A stretch of DNA of 64,000 nucleotides, taken from an uncultured Rhodospirillaceae bacterium. Its GTDB lineage: Bacteria; Pseudomonadota; Alphaproteobacteria; Rhodospirillales; UBA2165. This document shows, in pieces, positions 30,576-40,384 of this stretch (positions are counted from its first letter, which is position 1; every line of letters begins with the position of its first letter). Below the pieces are notes generated by a model, which searched no databases, had not been told where the DNA came from, and saw nothing but the letters and a program-made list of their open reading frames with translations. Both the position numbers and the translations under genes were made by a program. The stretch is from the NCBI GenBank assembly GCA_964643045.1, contig CAZXSC010000003.1, positions 1,993 to 65,992 on the forward strand, given 5' to 3'.

Positions 30576-31196
30576 TTAAAACTCGATCCCCGTCTGAGCT
30601 TTATAACCGTCCCTGAAATGGTGTTTAAGCTCTTTCATCTCAGTTACCAAGTCAGCTATCTCAATAAGCTCCGGCTTAGCATTTCGGCCTGTACAAATTA
30701 CATGTTTATTCGCAGGCTTATTTTCTAAACACTCCACAACTTCTCTAATTTCAATATAATCATTGCGCAGCACAATGTTAATTTCATCCAATAAGACAAG
30801 AAATAGTGTAGGATCTTCGATCATTTCCTTAGCTCTGGACCAAGCTTCTTTAGCAGCCTTTATATCGCGCGCTCGATCCTGTGTTTCCCAGGTAAAGCCC
30901 TCTCCCATGGCGGTGATCGTTACGAGATCTGGAAATGCTTCTAGTACACCCCTCTCACCAGTCTCCCATTTCCCCTTAACAAATTGCACTATGCCAACTT
31001 TCTTGCCGTGCCCGATACAACGGGCGACGATACCCATTGCAGCTGTCGTCTTTCCTTTCCCTTTCCCCGTATGTACAAGAAGCAATCCACCTTCTTTAAT
31101 TTTTGTCGATAACAACTTATCTTTAGCTTCTTTATGCTTACGGCGCTTCTCATTAGCACGGGTATTTTTCTCAATTTCTGACAACTCTTCTGTCAT
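30576..31196 (-). CDS. cobO: cob(I)yrinic acid a,c-diamide adenosyltransferase
   Basis: 206 aa with 'LLLVHTGKGKGKTTAAMG' and 'LDEI'. Confidence 0.93.
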   Translation of the reverse strand: MTEELSEIEKNTRANEKRRKHKEAKDKLLSTKIKEGGLLLVHTGKGKGKTTAAMGIVARCIGHGKKVGIVQFVKGKWETGERGVLEAFPDLVTITAMGEGFTWETQDRARDIKAAKEAWSRAKEMIEDPTLFLVLLDEINIVLRNDYIEIREVVECLENKPANKHVICTGRNAKPELIEIADLVTEMKELKHHFRDGYKAQTGIEF

Positions 31197-31207
31197 ACGA
31201 ACTCCTT

Positions 31208-34200
31208 TTAGGCTTGATCCCGAAATTGGGCCAGAAGACCGATAATACTATTCGACCTAGGATGCCAGAAACCTCTTTCAATTGCTTCATTGAATCGCTC
31301 AGAAATTTCCTTTAATGCGGAAGGGTTGTTTTGCTCAATAAAATCACGGACCTGTGTATTTTCTAGATAAGCTTCAAATAATTGATCAAAATGGTGGTCG
31401 CCAACTACTTTTGTTGTCGCTGCAAATGCAAAAAGATAATCAACCGTAGCAGCAATCTCAAATGCTCCTTTATAACCGTGGCGCATAACACCTTCTATCC
31501 ACTTGGGGTTTGCGGCACGGGCTCGAACAACCCGTCCGATCTCTTCTGTTAATGTGCGAATTTTAGGTGTTTCTGGTCGAGAGTGATCATTGTGGTAGAT
31601 CTGCGGTTGTTTCCCAGAAAGGCTCCGAACGGCAGCTGTTATGCCACCTTCAAATTGGTAATAATCGTCGCTATCCAAGATATCATGCTCGCGGTTATCT
31701 TGATTGTGAACCACAATCTCAATTTCTTTTAGCCGAGACCTGAATAGGTCGGCTTCCGCTTGGCCTTCCGCACCATCACCATATACATAACCACCCCAGG
31801 TAATGTAGGCACGCGCGAGGTCTTCATCGGTCTCCCAGCAGCGCTCATCAATCAACGTTTGTAAACCTGCACCGTAAGCTCCAGGTTTGGAACCAAATAT
31901 TCTGAAACTGGCCCGCCGCAACGCATCTTGATTAGAAGCTCCTGCATCAACCAAAACTTTACTGTCTTTACGAACTTGGTCAGCTAAAGGGTTATCAAAT
32001 TCAGATTCATCCTGGACACTTACGGCCCGCACTGCAGAATCGAGCAAATCAACCTGCGCTGGAAAAGCGTCACGAAATAAGCCTGAAATTCTGAAAACGA
32101 CATCAACCCTAGGGCGCCCGAGGACAGTTAATGGAATAACTTCAAAACCTGTAACCCGATTAGCTTGCTTATCCCAGGAAGGCTGCACACCCATAAAAGC
32201 GAGCGCTTGAGCAATATCATCACCACCAGTTCGCATGTTAGCTGTTCCCCATGCACTTACAGCAAGCCGCTTAGGATACTCACCGTACTCCTGAAAATGC
32301 CGTTCAATTAATAATACCGCAGACTTCCAGCCAAGCTTCCAAGCAGCAGGTGTAGGAATAGACCTAACATCTACTGAATAAAAATTTTTGCCTGTAGGAA
32401 GTACATCCAAACGCCCTCTTGACGGCGCACCACTACTTCCAGGAAGGACAAACGAACCCTCCAATCCTAACATTAAACTGTTTATTTCATGCTTACCGCA
32501 ATTAGCTATAATCGGGCGCAAACTTTCATTTATTAAACCTAAGACAAGATTGGTTTCCTTCCATTCGGGTTTTGACAAAAATTTTCCCTTAACCAATTCC
32601 AAAGCAAGATTCTCAAGACGTTCCACCGTATCACCATTACTGCGCCATTGGTCTTCACATATATCCAATTCTGATGGTCTAGGACCACGCCATTTTTCGT
32701 TCATTTTACAATCAAGTGGATCAAAATTTTTGAGGCCTAGATCACTTGCTAACGTCCTTATGATTGATGCATTACAGCCCTGACCATCATTCCGCGGCAA
32801 ACGAGTGAGTGCTATTAGCAAATCAGCCTCCTGGTTATTCTTTGGTGATACCCCAAACACATGGAGACCATCACGAACCTGCATTTCTTTCAACTCACAA
32901 AGATGATTGTCAATCTTTGAAAGGAAAGAATTCTCATCATCAAAATTCGTGACACCAATATCTTTATCAAGACCAATATTCTTACTTATATTAATGATTT
33001 CTTGGCTCAAAATTTTTAAACGTCGCGGATCTAAACCTGAAGCCTGATAGTATTCGTCAACAAGTTGCTCCAGATCCCGCAGGGGACCGTAACTTTCTGC
33101 TCGGGTTAATGGGGGAGTCAAATGATCAATTATAATAGCTCCAGACCGTCGTTTAGCCTGCGTTCCTTCTCCAGGGTCATTGACTATAAATGGGTAGAGA
33201 TGAGGCAGTGCACCTAAACTTATTTCAGGATAACAGTCATTATCCAGCATTAGCGACTTACCTGGCAGCCACTCAAGGTTACCGTGCTTGCCAACATGAA
33301 CAATTGCGTGAATATCGATTTCACAACGCAGACAAGCATAAAAAGCTAAGTAACCGTGTGGTGGCACTAGATCTGGATCGTGATATGAAGAGATTGGATC
33401 GATATTGTATCCGCGGGCCGGCTGGATAGCCAAAATTATATTACCGAATGTATGGATTGGTAACATAAAATGATCTTTAGAAAAAAAAGGGTCATTTTCA
33501 GGGGAACCCCAACGCTTTATCATGGCATTTTTTACTTTTTTAGGTAGGTTATGAAAGAATTTGTTGTAATCTGTTAGGGACATCGGCGTCCCGCCATTTT
33601 TTTTGTTCCCAACGGCATTTGTTGGACCCGAAAATAAACGCCTAATAATTTCTTTACTATTAAATGGCGCTTCATCTGTTAAGTAATACCCCATCTCGCG
33701 CATTTTCCCGAATATTACGGCTATAGCGGCTGGCGTATCCAAACCAACACCATTTCCAAGTCGTCCGTCTTTATTGGGATAATTAGCCAAAATAACAGCA
33801 ACGCGACGTTCATATATTCCAGTATGTCGCAGTCTTGTCCAAGAGGCTGCCAATTCGGCAACAAAATCAATGCGGGACTTTACCGGTTGATGTTTTACAA
33901 CAGCAACCTCGGTCGCATCATCAAAATAATGTGATTTTTTAAATGAAATAGCCCGGGAAATCAGACGACCATCAACCTCCGGCAACGCAACATTCATAGC
34001 CAGATCCTTTGACGATAGACCGCGAACACCCTCTTTCCACTCCTCAAAATTTCCACCAGATAAGACTACTTGGATTACTGGGCAATTCGCTTGAGAGAAC
34101 GGAGTTTCAGCTGCTTCTTTCCCAGGAGATAAAACAGCAAAACCTGTGCAATTTAAAATGATATCTGGTTCGGTTTCTTTCAATAATAATTTTAATATGC

Positions 34201-34936
34201 CAGCAGAGATAGGATCTTTTAGACTACTGACAAAAATTGGTAATGGATTTAGATTCCTAGCCTGAAGACTTTGGATTAAACTATCTATGGGCGCAAGATC
34301 AGAGGTCTGTAGCATCGATCGATAGAAAATAATAGCATTAATAGGATGACCATCAGTCCAATGCTGCCTAATTTTGATTAAATCAGGGAAAGATGATCCT
34401 GGCCAATAAAGCCCCGCTTGAACTAAGGAAATTGGCTCAATCCACTCGATGTTCTTACCAATCAACGAACTTGCATAATTCAATAGGTGTCGAATGTTAT
34501 CAGCACCACTTTGTACACAATACTGCCATATGCGGTGGCAGGTTTCTGGATCAAGCGTGGATAGCTCTGTTAACTCTGGATCGGGATTATCGTCACCCGG
34601 TACAATCGCAAGTTTAATATTATTTCCAAGACACAAATTCTGTATTTGTTCAATTCCGTATGACCAGTATCCCAAACCGCCAAGGAGACGTATTATCACT
34701 AGTTTGGCGCCGGCAATTGTATTTTCTACATATAGATCAACCGACATATTATGACCAAGCTGCATAAGATTAGCCAGCCTCAATGATGGATAGTCACAGC
34801 TTTTATGCTGTTCAGATAGTATAGCTAAGTCAGTAGCAGCTGCAGAAAGAAAAATTATATCACCTGGCGTTTGCCTAAGATCCACAGCTTCACTTCCGTC
34901 ACTAATTTCTCCAGGTTGAATAACAAGTAGATGCAT
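31208..34936 (-). CDS. cobN: cobaltochelatase large subunit CobN
   Basis: 1242 aa, full-length CobN/Mg-chelatase H family. Lies directly downstream of cobW. Confidence 0.96.
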   Translation of the reverse strand: MHLLVIQPGEISDGSEAVDLRQTPGDIIFLSAAATDLAILSEQHKSCDYPSLRLANLMQLGHNMSVDLYVENTIAGAKLVIIRLLGGLGYWSYGIEQIQNLCLGNNIKLAIVPGDDNPDPELTELSTLDPETCHRIWQYCVQSGADNIRHLLNYASSLIGKNIEWIEPISLVQAGLYWPGSSFPDLIKIRQHWTDGHPINAIIFYRSMLQTSDLAPIDSLIQSLQARNLNPLPIFVSSLKDPISAGILKLLLKETEPDIILNCTGFAVLSPGKEAAETPFSQANCPVIQVVLSGGNFEEWKEGVRGLSSKDLAMNVALPEVDGRLISRAISFKKSHYFDDATEVAVVKHQPVKSRIDFVAELAASWTRLRHTGIYERRVAVILANYPNKDGRLGNGVGLDTPAAIAVIFGKMREMGYYLTDEAPFNSKEIIRRLFSGPTNAVGNKKNGGTPMSLTDYNKFFHNLPKKVKNAMIKRWGSPENDPFFSKDHFMLPIHTFGNIILAIQPARGYNIDPISSYHDPDLVPPHGYLAFYACLRCEIDIHAIVHVGKHGNLEWLPGKSLMLDNDCYPEISLGALPHLYPFIVNDPGEGTQAKRRSGAIIIDHLTPPLTRAESYGPLRDLEQLVDEYYQASGLDPRRLKILSQEIINISKNIGLDKDIGVTNFDDENSFLSKIDNHLCELKEMQVRDGLHVFGVSPKNNQEADLLIALTRLPRNDGQGCNASIIRTLASDLGLKNFDPLDCKMNEKWRGPRPSELDICEDQWRSNGDTVERLENLALELVKGKFLSKPEWKETNLVLGLINESLRPIIANCGKHEINSLMLGLEGSFVLPGSSGAPSRGRLDVLPTGKNFYSVDVRSIPTPAAWKLGWKSAVLLIERHFQEYGEYPKRLAVSAWGTANMRTGGDDIAQALAFMGVQPSWDKQANRVTGFEVIPLTVLGRPRVDVVFRISGLFRDAFPAQVDLLDSAVRAVSVQDESEFDNPLADQVRKDSKVLVDAGASNQDALRRASFRIFGSKPGAYGAGLQTLIDERCWETDEDLARAYITWGGYVYGDGAEGQAEADLFRSRLKEIEIVVHNQDNREHDILDSDDYYQFEGGITAAVRSLSGKQPQIYHNDHSRPETPKIRTLTEEIGRVVRARAANPKWIEGVMRHGYKGAFEIAATVDYLFAFAATTKVVGDHHFDQLFEAYLENTQVRDFIEQNNPSALKEISERFNEAIERGFWHPRSNSIIGLLAQFRDQA

Positions 34937-34944
34937 AATAAATA

Positions 34945-35976
34945 TTAGCCGGTAAGAATTTTTTCAACAGAAACAATATCAAAGCCCTTCAGACCAATGA
35001 CCACAAGTTGACTATTACGAACTTCACCCATATTCCATGGTCTGTCATAATAAGAATCAACACGCTCACCAACGCCTTGGATCACGAAACGAGCAGATTT
35101 ACCGGGGACTTGAACAACTCCCTTTATCCTCAGAACTCCTATTTCCCTTAAAGCGCGTCTGACCCGCTCATTAAGGCTCGCAGGGACAACAACTGGACTG
35201 AGACTGACGGTAATAGTATCGAAATCGTCGTGCTCATGTTCTTCATCATCATGAAAAGAAGGTCGTGCATCAATGTCATCTTCAACAGCCGCGCCCAAAC
35301 CCAAAAAGACTTTCGGATCTAATTGACCATGGATGACAGGAATTGCTTCCACCGACGTTTGTGACTGCTTATTTATTAGCGTTAAAACATCAGTTAGATC
35401 CTTTTTTTCCATCATGTCAGATTTACTAACAACAACCATATCAGCGCAGGCCAACTGATCGCTGAAAACTTCTTCTAAAGGGTTTTCATGGTCTAGTGAT
35501 GGATCGATTTCTCGTTGTCGTTTTATTAATTCAGGGTCGTCTGCAAACAATCCCGATTTTATAGCTGGGCCATCAACGACCGTAATTACGCCATCAACTG
35601 TAGTTCGAGAGCGTATTTCAGGCCATTGAAACGCCTGCACTAGCGGCTTAGGTAGAGCCAAGCCTGAAGTTTCAATCACGATTTGATCCGGACAATTATC
35701 CCGATTTAACAAGGTTTCAAGTGTGGGGATAAAGTCATCGGCTACAGTGCAGCAAATACAACCGTTGGTAAGTTCGACCACATCTTCTTCAGAACATGAA
35801 TCATTATTACAACCTTTTAAGATACTACCATCAATACCAAGATCACCAAATTCGTTGATAATTAACGCAAGCTTCATACCATCAGCATTCACAAGAGCAT
35901 GACGGATCAAACTGGTTTTCCCTGCACCTAAAAAACCTGTGATCACCGTGACGGGTGTTTTTGATCCTAATGCCAT
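34945..35976 (-). CDS. cobW: cobalamin biosynthesis GTPase CobW (COG0523)
   Basis: 343 aa. 'GFLGAGKTSLI', 'GCICCTV' and an acidic His-rich stretch 'FHDDEEHEHDDFD'. Lies immediately upstream of cobN. Confidence 0.9.
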   Translation of the reverse strand: MALGSKTPVTVITGFLGAGKTSLIRHALVNADGMKLALIINEFGDLGIDGSILKGCNNDSCSEEDVVELTNGCICCTVADDFIPTLETLLNRDNCPDQIVIETSGLALPKPLVQAFQWPEIRSRTTVDGVITVVDGPAIKSGLFADDPELIKRQREIDPSLDHENPLEEVFSDQLACADMVVVSKSDMMEKKDLTDVLTLINKQSQTSVEAIPVIHGQLDPKVFLGLGAAVEDDIDARPSFHDDEEHEHDDFDTITVSLSPVVVPASLNERVRRALREIGVLRIKGVVQVPGKSARFVIQGVGERVDSYYDRPWNMGEVRNSQLVVIGLKGFDIVSVEKILTG

Positions 35977-35985
35977 CTAAGTTCC

Positions 35986-36525
35986 TTATTTTAGAATTGT
36001 CGGAATACCTGCCGTTACAAAAATAACATTATCAGAAATATCGGCAATCTTTTGATTCATTTGGCCGGCTAAATCAATAAACTTACGACCCAGAATATTT
36101 TCTGGAATGACGCCTTGACCAACCTCACTGGAGACGAAAACAACAGGAAATGTTAATCTCTTTGTTAATGCACACAAATCAGCAACTTCTGCCTCAATAT
36201 TCTTTTCAAGTAACATTATATTCGTAAGCCATAAGGTCAAACAATCAACCAAAGCGGGTTTCGTTTGACCATCAAGCGACAAAAGGGTCTGAACTAACAA
36301 TACTGGCTCTTCAATTGTTTGCCAATTATGACCACGGCGGTCCTGATGGGTCTTAATACGTAATGCCATTTCCTTATCAATGTTTTCAGAGGTCGCTATG
36401 TACCAACCACCTCCAGCGATTTCGATAAGCTTCTCGGCAAATTCACTTTTACCCGAACGCTGACCTCCAAGTATTAACGTATAGCCATTATCGTCTAGGT
36501 TCACTAATTTATTCATTGTACTCAT
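35986..36525 (-). CDS. cobU: bifunctional adenosylcobinamide kinase / adenosylcobinamide-phosphate guanylyltransferase
   Basis: P-loop 'LILGGQRSGKSEFAE'. The start is taken at 'MSTMNKL'. The track ORF runs up to 36597 and abuts the cobC stop. Confidence 0.88.
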   Translation of the reverse strand: MSTMNKLVNLDDNGYTLILGGQRSGKSEFAEKLIEIAGGGWYIATSENIDKEMALRIKTHQDRRGHNWQTIEEPVLLVQTLLSLDGQTKPALVDCLTLWLTNIMLLEKNIEAEVADLCALTKRLTFPVVFVSSEVGQGVIPENILGRKFIDLAGQMNQKIADISDNVIFVTAGIPTILK

Positions 36526-36597
36526 ATTTATTGCGAATAGTTGATTACAAAATATACTTAAAGTTAGCATTTGGGTATTGGTAAGGCAAAATATCAC

Positions 36598-37179
36598 TCA
36601 GCGATTAATGCCGTGGACACACCAAACCCGCAAATTGCCATCCGGAATGTTTTCAATCTGGGTTAGTGATAAATTATCCAACTGGAAAGTCAGTGCCGAT
36701 TTTGCAAACAAATTTAATGCTATAGCCAACGCCGCACGGATTGTCCCAGCGTGTGCCACCGCAATTATATTTCGACCCTGGTATTCGTCAGAAAGTTCTC
36801 CTATCGTAAGCGAAACTCTATCCAACATACTTACAAAACTCTCACCACCAGGCGGTACTTCGGTCGCGAAGTTTTGCCAAAATTTATCGGTCAAATCATT
36901 CCGAAGATTGTTCCAGCTTTTTCCGTTCCATTCTCCAAAATCCTGTTCCATTAATCCACTAACTGCACGACAATTCGTACCGCCTAAAGCTGCAGCCGTC
37001 TGTTCTGTCCTGGGTAAGCCACTTGTCAACCAAACGGCATCTTTCGGCAATGTAGTTATCCGGCTAACAATCGAATCGTGATCCGTAAGATCGGCATCAA
37101 CGTTATCTTGACCGTGAATAATACCAGGCAATCCCGAAGAAGGTGCATGACGAACCCACCACCAATGCGTTGTCGTCAT
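36598..37179 (-). CDS. cobC: histidine-phosphatase family protein, probable alpha-ribazole-5'-phosphate phosphatase
   Basis: 193 aa. The 'WWWVRHAPS' catalytic RH motif and the later 'AVAHAGTIRA' are present. Its position between cobS and cobU supports the call. Confidence 0.75.
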   Translation of the reverse strand: MTTTHWWWVRHAPSSGLPGIIHGQDNVDADLTDHDSIVSRITTLPKDAVWLTSGLPRTEQTAAALGGTNCRAVSGLMEQDFGEWNGKSWNNLRNDLTDKFWQNFATEVPPGGESFVSMLDRVSLTIGELSDEYQGRNIIAVAHAGTIRAALAIALNLFAKSALTFQLDNLSLTQIENIPDGNLRVWCVHGINR

Positions 37180-38045
37180 TCGAAACCCACCATCACTATT
37201 GATAACAACATCGCTACATCAGTAATCTGCTGACATGCCCCCAAAACATCGCCCGTTTGACCTCCAATGCGAATGGCTACAAAATAAACGAAAAAACCTA
37301 CAGACAGTATAGAAATTCCCAAAGCGACAATAGTAACCCTAAAACCTAACAAAATGAGTAGAAAACCAATCCCTATAAATAAGGCTATAAGTGCCCGGTC
37401 GAGGCTCGGCTTCCCAGCACTAGTACTCAAACCATCTTCACGAGCAACAGGTATTAAATGCATGATAATTGGCAATGCCGCGCGTGATCCAGCCGAAGTG
37501 GCGATTAAGGAAATGCAGATATACGTGTAACCTAATTCGCTAATTTCGGTAAAAACAGCCCAGCGCAAACCAAAACTGAAAAGTAACGCCATCACCCCGT
37601 AACTACCAATTTTACTATCCCGCATAATTTCTAATTTTTGATCCCGGGTTATCCCCCCTCCAAGTCCATCAAATGTATCAGCTAGCCCGTCTTCGTGGAG
37701 CGCTCCTGTTACTAACGTAATCGTTAATAATGCAAATAGAGCCAACAAAATCGGCGGAAAACCGAACCAACTTCCAATCCACACGACTACAGAGGCAATT
37801 AAGCCAATGACCGCGCCAATTATTGGAAAAAATCTTGATGCTTCTGAAATTGAAAAATCTTCGGGAGAAACGCCAATATATATTGGTAATCGCGTCAATA
37901 CACCAAAGCAAATTTTTAAATCAGAGAACCACCCCTGCTTATCTACATTATGTTTTATACGTCCCAAGAAGTCGGAACCGCCAACCGGATCCTCATCACT
38001 AATGCTATCTGATTGTTTAGCTTTTTCGAAATTTTCGTTGCTCAT
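37176..38045 (-). CDS. cobS: adenosylcobinamide-GDP ribazoletransferase (cobalamin synthase)
   Basis: 289 aa, polytopic, with 'FGVLTRLP', 'GALHEDGLADTFDG' and 'GGQTGDVLGA'. It carries a hydrophilic N-terminal extension of about 35 aa. An in-frame TTG (Leu27) is an alternative start. Confidence 0.88.
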   Translation of the reverse strand: MSNENFEKAKQSDSISDEDPVGGSDFLGRIKHNVDKQGWFSDLKICFGVLTRLPIYIGVSPEDFSISEASRFFPIIGAVIGLIASVVVWIGSWFGFPPILLALFALLTITLVTGALHEDGLADTFDGLGGGITRDQKLEIMRDSKIGSYGVMALLFSFGLRWAVFTEISELGYTYICISLIATSAGSRAALPIIMHLIPVAREDGLSTSAGKPSLDRALIALFIGIGFLLILLGFRVTIVALGISILSVGFFVYFVAIRIGGQTGDVLGACQQITDVAMLLSIVMVGFE

Positions 38046-38180
38046 AATATTTGTATCTTTTTGGCCAAATTAAGTCCCTAATGCTTTTTTGCTTTTGTTA
38101 ATATCATCCGCGTTATATTACACGGTATAAATCTAATTTATTATACTCAAATAATAGCCTAAAGGCGATGAGAATACTAA

Positions 38181-39203
38181 ATGACAAAAAGCCCAATCAC
38201 TTCACTTAATGCTATCCGAAAACTAATTCAAGATTTTCCTGGCCCAGATAAGGAAGCAATAGCAAATTCCGAAGTTCGAGAACTTGAACTTACCAAGCCT
38301 CGAGGATCCCTCGGACGACTTGAAGAAATAGCTGCATGGCTTGCTGGTTGGCAGGGTAAATATCCGGCAAGAATGGACTTGCCACGTGCTATTGTTTTTG
38401 CTGGTTCTCATGGCATAACGGCACAAAATATTTCAGCTTTTCCGCCCGAGGTAAATCAACAAATGGTTTCAAATTTTCAATCTGGTGGTGCTGCGATAAA
38501 TCAGCTGTGTAAGGTTTTCGATATTGAACTAAAAGTAATGGAAGCTGCCCTTGATATCCCTACTAGAGATTTCTCGAAAGAACCTGCCATGGATGGTGCT
38601 GACTGCGCAGAAGCTGTAGCTTTTGGAATGTCGGGCCCAGATGTCGGTTTGGATCTTCTATGTGTTGGGGATATGGGTATCGGAAACACCACAGCATCAG
38701 CTGCGATTTGTCTCGCTCTTTATGGAGGTAAAGAAAGTGACTGGGTTGGACCTGGTACTGGGGTCGAGGGCAAAAAATTAGCAAATAAAATGAAGGTGGT
38801 TAAGGAGAGTGTTTTGTTACACAAATCAGCACTAACCGATGGACTTGAAATTCTCCGGTGCTTAGGAGGTCGAGAAATGGCCGCAATATGCGGTGCCATT
38901 ATAACTGCACGTTTATCTCGAATCCCAATATTGTTGGATGGTTATGTTACCTGTGCAGCGGCTGCCACACTCCATGCGTTTGATCCGCATTCCTTAGACC
39001 ACTGTATTGTTGGGCACGTCTCGGGTGAACCCGGACATCGCCGCTTACTGAAGCGGCTTGGTAAAGTGCCTTTACTTGATTTTGGTATGAAGTTAGGAGA
39101 GGGTTCTGGAGCCGCATTAGCTGTTGGAATTCTGCGTGGCGCAGTAGCCTGCCATAACGGTATGGCGACATTTGAAGAAGCAAAAGTAACAAATAACAAT
39201 TAA
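38181..39203 (+). CDS. cobT: nicotinate-nucleotide--dimethylbenzimidazole phosphoribosyltransferase
   Basis: 340 aa with 'LTKPRGSLGRLEEIAAWLAGWQG', 'GDMGIGNTT' and 'LGEGSGAA'. Confidence 0.94.
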   Translation: MTKSPITSLNAIRKLIQDFPGPDKEAIANSEVRELELTKPRGSLGRLEEIAAWLAGWQGKYPARMDLPRAIVFAGSHGITAQNISAFPPEVNQQMVSNFQSGGAAINQLCKVFDIELKVMEAALDIPTRDFSKEPAMDGADCAEAVAFGMSGPDVGLDLLCVGDMGIGNTTASAAICLALYGGKESDWVGPGTGVEGKKLANKMKVVKESVLLHKSALTDGLEILRCLGGREMAAICGAIITARLSRIPILLDGYVTCAAAATLHAFDPHSLDHCIVGHVSGEPGHRRLLKRLGKVPLLDFGMKLGEGSGAALAVGILRGAVACHNGMATFEEAKVTNNN

Positions 39204-39235
39204 TCCTCCCAACAATTCCTCAACATCAACCTGGT

Positions 39236-39260
39236 CCTAGAAGACACCTAACATTCTAGG
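39236..39260. other. hairpin between convergent cobT and cbtA (possible bidirectional terminator, no U-tract)
   Basis: 'cctagaa' (39236-39242) and 'ttctagg' (39254-39260) form a 7-bp stem with an 11-nt loop. There is no T-run on either strand. Confidence 0.3.
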
Positions 39261-39289
39261 TGAACACAAGTAAACTATTGAAAATTGAA

Positions 39290-40177
39290 TTAATTTAATT
39301 GGGGCTTTAAAGTATTTGAATTGCTTTCCCCGGATAATTTAGCATGTAACAAGGTCGCCGACACACCTAAAGTTAACCACATTAATCCTGAAACAAGTAA
39401 GGTCACCATCACAAACTGTGCAGCCAACTCTGGTGGCAAAACTCCAACAATACCAAATTCAGGGAAAGGCGCTCCAACGGCGTGTGGTACTGTCAAAAAT
39501 AAAAGGGAAGTAACCCGCCAAGTAACAGACTTGCCAAAAGCAAAAAGCGCTAGGCCCACAACGCTTGACGTCGCTGTTGCCAACCACCAGATTTGGCGAG
39601 CAAGTAAATCTCCAGCGACAGACCCTGGTAATTCTGGGGGCAAGCCCAATCCGGGTAAAAATGAGAAACACAAAAAACCCGCGCCGGCCCATACTAAACC
39701 TTTAAAGAGGTTTATTTGTCTGCCATAAAGCGTAAAACCGGATGCCAGCAATAAACCGAACGCAATGGCTGTTAACATATTTGCTGCCAAGGAATATAGC
39801 GAACGTTCAACACCATCTTGTGGTATCCATGCATTTTCATTATGTGAATGCGCGCCATGGTCATGGGACACTCCAGTCATAGGCCCCTCGTGGCGGTGCT
39901 CATTTGTTGAATTTGGATGGGTATGCATGTTGCCGTTACCATGAATGTGGAAATTTCTTTCATGGAAATGCGGAACGTTTCCACCAGTATGGGTATGGGT
40001 GATACTGTTTTGATGCATATGTTTGATGCCGAATGAAGATACATCCGAACGCAGCTCAAAAATTTCTGCTTTAGCAATAAGTGGCTGAACCATCGTCAAA
40101 TGTGCGATCGTCAAAATTACGCCCGCGATCGCCCCAGATAAACACCCGGTAAATATTAATCGTTGTAACATTAGCAA
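39290..40177 (-). CDS. cbtA: cobalt transporter subunit CbtA with expanded His-rich loop
   Basis: 295 aa with multiple TM segments. After TM1 there is a long loop, 'HMHQNSITHTHTGGNVPHFHERNFHIHGNGNMHTHPNSTNEHRHEGPMTGVSHDHGAHSH'. It starts 3 nt after the cbtB stop and lies downstream of a B12 riboswitch. Confidence 0.8.
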   Translation of the reverse strand: MLMLQRLIFTGCLSGAIAGVILTIAHLTMVQPLIAKAEIFELRSDVSSFGIKHMHQNSITHTHTGGNVPHFHERNFHIHGNGNMHTHPNSTNEHRHEGPMTGVSHDHGAHSHNENAWIPQDGVERSLYSLAANMLTAIAFGLLLASGFTLYGRQINLFKGLVWAGAGFLCFSFLPGLGLPPELPGSVAGDLLARQIWWLATATSSVVGLALFAFGKSVTWRVTSLLFLTVPHAVGAPFPEFGIVGVLPPELAAQFVMVTLLVSGLMWLTLGVSATLLHAKLSGESNSNTLKPQLN

Positions 40178-40180
40178 AAC

Positions 40181-40366
40181 CTAATGACAGGGAAAGGAAT
40201 TTACGTGTCGAGCATCATGTGCCGCGTTGTGGATAAAACTTCCGCTGGCAAACCCAATCCCAAGCAAAATAAATGATCCTATGATGATTCCAAATGACGC
40301 AACAATTAACCTTTGTGACAAGTTACTAAGTTTAGTACTTTGTTGAAAAACACTTAACCGACTCAT
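40181..40366 (-). CDS. cbtB: cobalt transporter subunit CbtB
   Basis: 61 aa with a single TM segment. The C-terminus 'HNAAHDARHVNSFPCH' is the CbtB hallmark. Confidence 0.85.
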   Translation of the reverse strand: MSRLSVFQQSTKLSNLSQRLIVASFGIIIGSFILLGIGFASGSFIHNAAHDARHVNSFPCH

Positions 40367-40384
40367 TCCACCCTCCGTGTAAAA

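Noticed and set aside
38046-38180. A possible riboswitch or regulatory RNA in the cobS / cobT divergent spacer.
   Set aside because: At 135 bp it is too short, it is AT-rich, and it has no conserved B12-element motifs.
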